64,000 nucleotides of DNA from Lingula anatina (Eukaryota; Animalia; Brachiopoda), in the NCBI GenBank assembly GCA_051362555.1, contig CM120646.1, positions 3,720,001 through 3,784,000 of the forward strand. Reading direction: 5' to 3'. Made by a program: the position numbers and the translations under genes. This document shows, one piece after another, positions 53,887-64,000 of the stretch; position 1 is the stretch's first letter; each line of letters begins with the position of its first letter. The notes under the pieces were generated by a model. The model was not told the DNA's origin. It ran no database searches and saw nothing but the letters and a program-made list of their open reading frames with translations.

Positions 53887-54101
53887 GTCTGTATTCCCAG
53901 AGCTTTTAGATCGATCTATCCCCGCGGGGAGTCTCACTAGATTACCGTCAGATAATCCGGCTTAAATGTCCGTCCCGCCTACTACAAGCTGTAAGGGGGT
54001 AATTAACTTTCATGTCCGCCCGGCTGACAGCTTTTGAGCGTGAACCCCCAGGGAGTTAGGTCGATCTAAAGTAGATCGATCTAATCTCTGGAAATGGGGT
54101 C
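53887..54101. mobile_element. MITE (agatcgatct family) abutting the previous one
   Basis: attcccagag...tagatcgatcta vs tagatcgatctaatctctgggaat. Confidence 0.6.
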
Positions 54102-54569
54102 TATGTGTATGAATAAAACCGATTGTTTCAAACTAAAACTACTCTCTGTATTTGGTTGGGGGTCAAGCATACTTTCTTACCCTGTCTCTTATTTGCTTCA
54201 GGTGTGGAAAATGTTTTTCGTTTTCAATGTCCTTTTGACTCACATTTTTTTTCTTCCGCGGTTGAGAGTGCAAGGGGGAAAGGGTGGCGATCTCCTCTTC
54301 TAATTCACCACATCATAGTCACTTAGTTACTTTTCAAGTTCAGTGGACATTTTGTATGTACTCAATTTTGGCTTGCTCAACTCTTTCCAAAAGGGAAGTT
54401 AATTTTTTCCCCAAATTTTGTGTAAATGTCGCCATCGCTCTGGACCAATATTTTTTTTTAATTTTCTTTTTTTTTTCTGTTGGTCAAGATACCTTTGTCT
54501 TGAATTGTCGAGTGTCTGCCTGAAGTTTCTGCATTCATGTACTGTGTACATGCTATGGTATACCTCAAA

Positions 54570-54611
54570 GCGTGGCTTAGGGCGTGGCTTAGGGCGTGAC
54601 TTAGGGCGTGG
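54570..54611. repeat. 12-bp tandem repeat (GGGCGTGGCTTA) x3.5
   Basis: gcgtggcttagggcgtggcttagggcgtgacttagggcgtgg seen directly. Confidence 0.9.
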
Positions 54612-55031
54612 TCGGGATTCTGTGTGGCCTACTGATTGTACACACACACACACACACACACATACACACACATTTTTTTAAGTTTGCATATATCTATATA
54701 AGTTACCTATACACATGTAGGTGCTAATTGAGAGAGAGAGAGAGTGAGGGTGAGTGAAAGAGAGACAGATTGTTTTTAACCTTGATAAGATGCAAAATAA
54801 TATTTTAAGTTTGTCAGATGAAGTATAATGAGAGAGAATGGGGTTATCTGAGTCTTAACGAGTTGCCTATGCGGTTTACTACGTGGCTTCTTAATGTAAT
54901 ATTGACATGCATATGAAAGGGCTACACCTACTGGTTACCTGTTAACATGACAGGCGCACAAAAGAAGATAAAATGGACTTTGTCTTGCTAATTTCACATC
55001 AGATTGTAAACAATCCGTAATGTATCACTAA

Positions 55032-55205
55032 GGCCACATTCAGAACAGCGGACTAACTAGTCCACGGGTCAATATGGCCGACCCACTTGAATACTTCCCC
55101 ACAGGAAATCTATTCAATGTCTATTAGCGGTTTAGACGACAAGCTTTTTAGTCGGTCGCCATATTTGGTCCGCGGACTAGTTAGTCCGCTGTTCTGAATG
55201 CAGAC
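55032..55205. mobile_element. Hairpin MITE (Harbinger/Tourist-like, TAA/TTA flanks)
   Basis: About 50-bp arms cattcagaacagcggactaactagtcc...aaatatggcgacc / ggtcgccatattt...ggactagttagtccgctgttctgaatg. Confidence 0.85.
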
Positions 55206-56332
55206 TTACCGTTGATTTTACAGTCGAGTGCATTTAACTGCTGCCCTCATTTTGACCTGACCACAAATTTCTGAAATAGGTTGTTTGCACATGAAATATA
55301 TATCTCCATTTTTTTATATTAGCTTGTCATAAAGTTTGCTATTAGTTATGCATGTACCTTCATAGAAGACACGACCTCGGCAGAAATGCTTTCGTAAAAC
55401 TTATCTGTTGACCTACATATAAATGAGTAAATATAAAAGTGTTTTCTATAGTTTTAACTATTACAACGTAAACTAGATGGTGTCGATCGGTAGACCCGCA
55501 CTTCCCAGCATACCTAGTAACTCACGCTTTGAAACTCCATTGCTTTACGTCTATGGCACACTGCCTGAGACCTACATATATGATATTGAAAATTCAATCC
55601 ATAATAATAGCAGGACTATTTAAGGCTTCGTTCACATGGAAAGTCTATTTTCTAGAAATCTATTTTCTATTCGCCGTATATCTTGTGATCACGGTCTGTG
55701 CCCTGAATGTCCCGCAGCGTAATTACTGGCAGCGCGAGCCAGTTACTATAAGTTACTATAAAAATACTATCATCAATCCCAGGAGTAGCCCCACCTTCCC
55801 TAACTGCATCTGAAGTGCCCATGCACATCTCTGATGATAGAGCTTCAATCCTTTAATCCCCAAAGTTTTAGACAGTGTTAAATATTATAAAGGTCCCAAC
55901 GACAGTCCGATCCCAGTTCCATTAAATCTATGGCCCCGTTCTCAAAGACACCGTCGGTCCACGTAAATCGATCCAACTCTGCAGGGACTATCACTGAATG
56001 CAATCAGCTTAATTTAACAACAAGCCCATTGTTTCCAACGTACTCGTATAATCACCATTTTTTTCCGTATTCTCCTAAACGCCAGGAGGTGGCGTGTCAT
56101 TCAGCTAAGCAGATTGCACTCAGCAAGAGCCCCATATATTGATACAAATCCAGGCCGACTGGAGTTTTGACTGAATATAGGCCGTATCTCGTCTTATGAA
56201 CACCAACCAGTTCAAAGACACTGTTGCTATAGCCTTTTATTACAGCAGAAATTCAAGGTAAATATCCAATATCCAAAAGGTCACTAGAGCTGGGTCGATA
56301 AGACGATCTTCGAAGAAGCAAAGGCAATTGTG

Positions 56333-59300
56333 TCAGTTTTGGTCTGTAAGGTGCTTTAGCTCTTTACAATGAGCTTCCACTAGAGATACACCTTCTGTTT
56401 CGTTTTTATGGAATCGTTTCAACCACTGGTGAATTAAAATATTGTGGTACCTGAAAAGCAAACATTTGTAACGATACAATTAACCAAACGACGGTATGTT
56501 GTCAATCAAACTAATCTAAGTCAACTGAGTAGAAAATAAAAACATACTTCACTATACACTTGCTGTTAAAGGTTTGATACATGCTGCCAACTTACACCAC
56601 TCTCAAACAAGAAATTGGATATTTTTCCTCAGCTTCGAACACTATTGCTAAACATCACTGCTCAAATGGACGCCGTTGCAAACAACTCGATACCTTACCT
56701 CGGCTTTTGGAAGAACTGGAAATATTTGTCTGTGTCTAATCTTGGGAAGATCCTGTCGAAGCCTCCCCGCCTGCTGTTCTCGTCTATCGTGTCAACGAGG
56801 ATCCGGATGTCATCCGGTGTCAGATTGTCCAGGATAGTGGACAGAATCGTCTGGAAAATCCCAAAAAAGCGATGTTTGCCCATAGACTCGAGATTAAGTG
56901 CAGCATTTCGATTAACATTTTATTTACTTTCCTGACCACTGTGTACGTGGCCTTATGTCCCACACGGGTCGAAGAGGAATGATGATGATGATGAACATTG
57001 TGTACATAAAATAAAAATAAATAGGGAAAAGTGTACAATATTTATTTGAAAAACTAAAATTTAATATAATATTTACGGTATATAATATTTAATTTAAATA
57101 TCTGTGCACGCATGCATTTAATCGCTAGTGTCAGTCATCGGCACGGCATTGTTTGCCCCTCCCAAATGAAGCACTCAAGCCACATTGCAAATAAAACAAA
57201 AATAAAAATTCTAGTTGTATATGTCAAAACCATTTCAATCTGTGTTGTCTAAATATGATTTCGACAAAATACAAACCTCGTTCTTGTAGTTATCACAATA
57301 ATATTTCTGTTTTGCTTTCTCTTCGCCAGACAATGTTTGTGACCACCAGCGTTTGTCCAGCAGTAAGTGGTCAGGAACGTCAGACCCACTGGAATAGAAA
57401 TATTTGACTTAATTATTAATTAAGATAAAAAAAGCAAATGGTCTCAAAATAAACTTGGCCTATTTTCCCCTTTGAGACACGGCATTTTGCCTCTAACATA
57501 AGGCAGCCTTGGCCAAGTTGAACGGTCGAAACATCATGCCTCATAAATATTTTATATTTAGTCATTTTAGACATGACTTTCTACCATCATTATACCTGAG
57601 GAAAGAAAACTCTTCACCGTACATAAATGGTCTCCGATATCTGCGGGGGTAAAGACGGGAAATGCACCCGAAGTCAATGACAACAAACAGATACATTGAG
57701 GTTACTCTCGTTGATGCATTATGTCGTTGAGTGTTAAAATGTGTCATCAATTGCTATCACCACTTCGAATGAAGTTCGTCATTTACGCAAAATTCACAAA
57801 TACCGAAAGCTGCACCAACAATTGTAAAACAATTTATGACAAGTTCAAGTTAAAATATCCCAAAATCATGAGAAGCCTATTTACGAATTTGTCCAGAGCG
57901 AAATGCCCTACCTTGTAATTTCATTCCCGTGGTCTGTTTCTTCATTACCAGGAATTCTGAACCCGGCCAAATTCAGCATATCCTTGGCCATGGGGTCATT
58001 TACTGGGCGGAAGTGACCGGAGTGTGGGTATAGGCTGTAAATATTACAGTGATGAGTTAAATAACAGAAGATAACTAATTACGTTATCAAAATGAGCTCT
58101 TAAGCAGGTTTTATAAACGGGTTAGGCGAAAACGCACACTAAGCGCAGATCTTTTAACACTAACGCCCATATTAAACACAATACCCACAAAATAACCAAC
58201 ACAAAGTGTAGTAAACTGTAAATATGCTTCAAAACTTTTGCAACTTATTTTATTTCATTTATTTTTCAAAATTATTATTATTATCATTATTATTATTGCT
58301 TTCTGGTATTGCTTTTTAGTAGTCAAAATGGCAGCTATCCTCAGGATATCTGTCTAAAGGATAACATTGACAATGTAATCCATGGAATCTATCCATCCCA
58401 GTTTCGGTTAAACAGGGCCTAGACCTATATCTAACACTTACCCAGGTGCTATGTTGACCTCTGGGACCCAAGGCTTCATGTTATTGTCATAAAGGAAACC
58501 AAAAAACTTACCCAGGTGATTTGTTGACCTCCAAGACCCAAGGCTTCATGTTATTGTCCAGAAGTATATCAAAGCCGAACAGTTCATGCCCGCTGTATTT
58601 GCTCTGAAGGTATTTCCGCACTCCCTCCCATATCTCAGGCTCCCCGCTGTTTTGGAGAAAGACACACAACGGTTACTTTACTCATACCGCTGTTTGGGGG
58701 GGGGGGGGGACGCAGTGATTACTTAACGCATATGAACTAATACTGCTAACTTATAGAAGAGAGAGCTAATTTCCCATACATAATTTAATAGTATCTGTAA
58801 ATAACGAACTTAAGTAAAGATCACATTCACTGTTTAATTGTGTGTGTCCATTGAGACAATGTATATAAAAATCCCTTAAGATATGACATAAAACTAACAT
58901 CCTTCTTGAATTGTAAATATTACTTACTGCGGGAGTACTACAGAACTTACAATTTCAAACACCAAACAAGGAAAACCTATCCGTTTTTGATATCATGTAT
59001 TGCATTGTCTGAGTTTTAAGATTGCGTGGATTAATTTACCGATATTTGTAATAATTCATTTTTACATTATGACAAACACGTTACCTTTACGTTTGTTCGA
59101 ATATATATATTTTTTGCTTTCTCATACAAAGCAACGCGTTTATATATAATTATGAATGATATGGTGCTATCAAGGGATTGATGTGAAGTTACCTGATAAT
59201 CGTCTTAAGTACGATATTTTTGATATTCGCCCATATTGGCATCCAGTCAGTCCCGTTGTTTGTTCTAAGGTATTCTTTCAATACATTAAGCGACCTAAAG

Positions 59301-60865
59301 TAAAGAACGCTATTGGTAAGCAAGCACAGTAAAAATGTACAGCCGTTGTTTCTAAGCGGATAACACCATTAGATATTTGATCAAAACATAATAAGATACT
59401 GTGGTATTTGAGCCAAAACAAAGCTACAGCAATTCCAATGTGCTCATCAGTTCACAGACGCTGCTGGTGGTACGTGTACTAATCCCAAAAAGGATTCAAA
59501 ACCTTCCCAAACCTTCAGTTGGACAATTAATCAAACAATGACCAACAGCAGCGAAAAGGGTAAACTTACCATTTGTGCCCTGTTTTCAGTGAATAATCCA
59601 AGGTATATGCCGGATTCTTGGCGTTTACCTCGATATTGGTGAGGTGGACCATACTGTCAAGGTCGTCCGTTGTAAACCTAGATAAGAAGTGATATATAAT
59701 ATTTAATTAAATCATCATAAATACTTGCACTGTTATTTGTTTTGACTGTGCTGTACAGTGAAACATTCCCCCGCAGGCACACAGAAGCAAAATAAGTGTC
59801 AAAGGACCCGACTCCGTCTGAAATTTATGTTGCAAAGGAGAACTTGGGATTTAAAATGACACGAGGTTCAGACAGTGTTGGTTCTCGCACGGGGGAAGTG
59901 AGACCATTTCATCCAAGCTCAATGATAAAGAATCTTACTGTATCGTAATAATGATATCCATATAATTATCTGGCTAATATGTTGTCCACATCGACAACAT
60001 AATACGGAAAACCTTATCCAGGTATTTCCTGAAAGACTACCATGAACTTTGATTTAGGCCCCACCCCTTTTTTTATTTATTTATTTATTTTATTTTATTT
60101 TTATTTTTTTTGGTTCCCATGGAAGTGACACCAAAACCATTAGTTTATCAACTCTACATCACAATACATCGCATAGAATCAAATAATTACAACAACAACA
60201 TCATCACATTAGTAACATACTTTTTGGTAGCAAACTTGACCACACCATCAGGGTACAGGTAAACTCTTAGCGGGTTTATACTGGGAACGTAGGCGTAGAT
60301 CCTCATGTCAAACTTATAACCATCTATGAGGTAAGGGTTGGTTATATATCTGGAAGTGAATAGAACCAAGCTCTAATAAAACATATTTTTGGTGTATGTG
60401 TGTGTGTGTATGGGGGGGGGGGGGTACTATTTAAATAAATATACGTGCGCTTCGTGAAAATTATGTGTTTTTTTCTTATAATACAATACATTAAAAACAT
60501 ACCAATGAATTGACATACACACAAACACAAGCATGGAGGGCTCATTTACGTTTTCAATCTGTCCTATTAACAATATTTTTCTTTTTTAGAGAAAAATGTT
60601 CTTAAACTGTTCTAAGACATTCTGAAGGACTTTCCAAAAACAGTTCTTGAACTGTTACATTCATCACAGAACAACGTTAAAATGGTAAAAAAAAAAATAC
60701 ACCAAATGATCTAGAATAGATTGAGAACCGTAAGTAAAATTAAATGAGACCCATTTTTACACGGGCGGAAAGATACATTTTAAATTTACCATGTTTTTAC
60801 TCTTAATAAATAAAGCTTGATAAATAACTAATAAATAAACTCACACAAACAAACAAACAAACACG

Positions 60866-60908
<43 letters not shown>

Positions 60909-62416
60909 TAGAGGGCCAAGGGAAAAATAAATTTTATGCTAAATAATTAAATAAATAAATAAATATACAAATAAACTCACACACACCTCTGTACCATAAG
61001 CCTAGCGTTGGCAGGAATCTGTTCCTGTCGCCGTATCACTTCAACGCCTCTTCCTCCGTGAAAACATGGCTGGTCATAGACATAGAAAATTTTATTATTT
61101 GGCGTTGATAACATATGTTCTATTATTTTCTACGTACATCCTACATTAAATAACCTAGAGTCATTTCGTCTTGTCAAAAGCCTTGCTCCCAGCCGCATAT
61201 GCATACTTAGTAGATACTAGGGCATATATCAATATCAATATCAGCCGTTTACAAAACCTCCCCCCCCTGCATGGACGAGGGTACATGTATCAAACAGACA
61301 TGGCAAGAGTTATAAAACGTAATTAATAAATAGATGGTGCCACTACTCAGCTGCTCACAGTGTTTTACTGCTCATAGTGTTTTACTTAAACTGACTTTTG
61401 ATAAACTCAGTTTAAGTTTTTTGTTTTTAGGATTTTATAACTTGCATCTTTCACTTATCTTAGATGACATGTTTTAGATCTTGTTTTATTCTTTATATTA
61501 TTGTTCAAAGTGCTGAGACAGACACGTACGAGGGTTGCAGTTATTTATAATATCTTGCAGGAACTGACATCAAGGTAATGAATTATCTAATAAAGCCAAT
61601 GTAGACTTATCTTACTGGTTTAAGAATCCACAGATTCCCCTTCGGCTTGCTACCCCATGCTTTCTTGAGTAGGTTGGTTTCCTCTGGAAGGATAAAGGTC
61701 GGTGGAAGAAAATCAAACTTCTTTCTGCCATGTGCTTTCTTCATTTTGCGCACAGCGAGCTCCAGTCTGTCCTTGCAGCCAATACTCCAACTGCCTGGGA
61801 AGTGATTATACTGGAACATAACGTTATTTTATCTATTTCAGTAAAAATATTTTTTACAACGAATGTGATTTTTAAAACACTTTTTAAAACTACAGAGTTG
61901 TGAATACAAAACCAATCATGAACTGCGTTTATATATAACATATATAAAAGCTGGACAAATGCCCACCTTTTGACTGGGTCTGAAGTCCTGAAACTTGTAT
62001 ACTTCACTGGGCTGAAAACATCCTACGTAATATCCAACCGCCATTGCAAAATCTGGAAATTGGTGGATATTTGCATAAACACTCAATATATACTTCCGTG
62101 AATAAAAATGGGAAGCAAAAATTGGAAATACCGTCTGTTTTAATATTTTACCAAGAGTCAAATACAAGATTATGCAATAGCATTATGAATTACCTTTGTC
62201 AAAATATCTGTTCTCCGGCCTAGTTAAATTGGTCATTCCCAATAATTGTATATGTATGGGCATTATATTTTCGTAAATTACATTGCAAGGCCCCCAGCCC
62301 ATATTTTATTTAACGTGTCAAGGGCTATTCCAAGTCTATATATATGTAATAAAGGTATGTGTTTTCCCCCAATATAACGCCTCATTTAATTAAGACGCAA
62401 AAAGAAAAAATAATCA

Positions 62417-62466
<50 letters not shown>

Positions 62467-63718
62467 AAACTATAATAAAATAATTGGCACCTTTAGTCAG
62501 GGTATAGCCGGATCTGATGGCTGTTGCAGCGACCAGAGGAGAACCCCCGTCATACCAAAGTAGACGGCGACTTATATTATCCGGCAATGGTTCTTCTAAA
62601 ACGGAAAAAGTCTCACAATCATGAAGCACATACACAAAACATGTAAGATACCTGAAAAAAGAGCATTTCGTTTCTAAAGAGACAACGTTTTTTTTTATTT
62701 AGGATGCACGACGTTTCACTTTTTCACCATCATACAAGCTACATCACCAATAACGATACAGTTTACTCAAATTGACTGTACACTCAGATTCAAATGTACA
62801 ATATTTCAATATTATGTCGAACGATTGCTCGTTATTTTTCTTATATAAAGGGTAAAAAAATTCTTACAATCCCCACACTGTTCAACAGTCTTAATGAAGA
62901 ATAGAGAATAATGAAGGGAAAATAGGAAAGAATCCAAAAGCGTTACATTGATCTCATTGCTCATAATAGGATTAACTGTAAAATGAAACTTTAGAACTTT
63001 AAGAAGTATTCATTTAAAGTTTTCGTGTACGTGTACAATTAAAAATTTCCCCCATTATTCGTAATTTATTTTTTATTAAAGTTAAACTGAGGATGGTTGC
63101 ACAACTGCCCCACCTGTCAACTGATAAACTTTGTCCAAATTGTTTTTGTGTGGCTCCTAGCTAGTTTGCGTTAAGTTTGATACACGTTACAACTGAAACA
63201 GCAGTTATTAAATAGCTTCTATTCCATTGACTTTAATATAACTCACTCCGTTGTCCAGGCATTATAAAGTTGAGGTAGGGTGGGACATTGGAGAACAGAC
63301 TGGGTGTGAGTGCCGGCAGTAACGGCTCCGATACCTTGTCTGGAATCAGAATATATTTAAATATAGACAACTGATCAGATTATTAATTGACGCAAATATA
63401 TCATTACTAAAATGCTCAGTTCATCACTATAATGAGGTGATTCTTATACTTGTTTTGGGACAAAAATATTTTTATAGTGTATGTCAACAGTCTAAGAATG
63501 ATAAACCGAATATGCTGACCAAATTCAAATAAGACTCCTTCGTGTTCAGTTAACCTATTTCGGAACTTTACCTTTCACTGACGTCAAACTGACTTCTTCA
63601 CAGACACCTCCATTAGTTGCTGTGACACAGTCAATGAAAGTTTGGGCACTGTCACTTAAACCGTATGTTGCTCTTTTAGGACAATGCGCAGCAATGTGGG
63701 TCGAGCCTGAGCATTTGA
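56333..63718 (-). CDS. TTLL4: TTLL4-like ATP-grasp protein, copy B (5' partial; first exon not identified in window)
   Basis: Exons 63572-63718 (or -63730), 63247-63339, 62491-62595, 61967-62052, 61616-61810, 60987-61069, 60221-60349, 59570-59677, 59193-59294, 58512-58646, 57912-58034, 57277-57388, 56699-56850, 56333-56450. Phases match copy A. The protein ends [12 protein letters not shown]. Confidence 0.88.
58437..58492 (-). repeat. Tandem partial duplication of the exon 3' end and donor site ([16 protein letters not shown]|gtaag)
   Basis: cttacccaggtgctatgttgacctctgggacccaaggcttcatgttattgtc repeats 58507-58558 at a 70-nt offset. Confidence 0.9.
62418..62464. repeat. (ATA)n microsatellite
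   Basis: About 15 units seen directly; it explains the poly-Ile tail of ORF 62414-62635. Confidence 0.95.
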
Positions 63719-64000
63719 CTGCAAGAGAAACTGTTTAAAATAATTATATTTAATAAAAAAAAAGATAAATTACTTAACTGTGCAAATGCTGTCCCTAATT
63801 GATAAATACACGCGGCATGGAACCGAGGTGGGTTGTTATATTTCACAAACGATTTTTATGAATAACCTTGTAAGTGTTTTGTTTTTAATTCTGCCCGCAT
63901 AATTTACATATAATCATTTTAGCCGTGGATGACTGACCGCAGTAAAGTGAATACTCGAGATAGACCATGGCCCATATGCTACTTGCGTGAAGATATACAT

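Noticed and set aside
63905-64000. Candidate first exon of TTLL-B (MVYLEYSLYCGQSSTAKMII)
   Set aside because: It is phase-compatible but shows no similarity to copy A's first exon. It cannot be resolved at the window edge.

Overview
AT-rich, intron-rich animal genomic DNA, probably a marine invertebrate (mollusc-like; taxon not provable from sequence). One + strand gene (610-6648) encodes an NB-ARC-type STAND NTPase with TPR repeats and carries a single 1-nt frameshift. It is followed by five consecutive minus-strand ATP-grasp ligase genes. Three are tandem carnosine synthase (CARNS1)-like copies; copy 1 has a CCC...GGG MITE in exon 3, and copies 2 and 3 are intact at 909 and 906 aa. Two are tandem TTLL4-like copies; copy A is a 567 aa model, and the first exon of copy B was not found in the window. 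The most unusual observations concern these ligases. The TTLL4-like model begins with a predicted signal peptide and has replaced several residues that define tubulin glutamylases. All three CARNS1-like copies also have remodelled active-site motifs. Together these point to repurposed peptide ligases. The intergenic DNA contains a Kolobok-like relic (THAP plus KolX-like remnants, TTAA TSD), a Harbinger-like element, Helentron-type HINEs (one with a nested Rex1/Babar-like LINE), an RTE relic and several MITEs. Exon coordinates were derived by eye from GT/AG sites and reading-frame continuity. Family motif comparisons are from memory and need confirmation by alignment.
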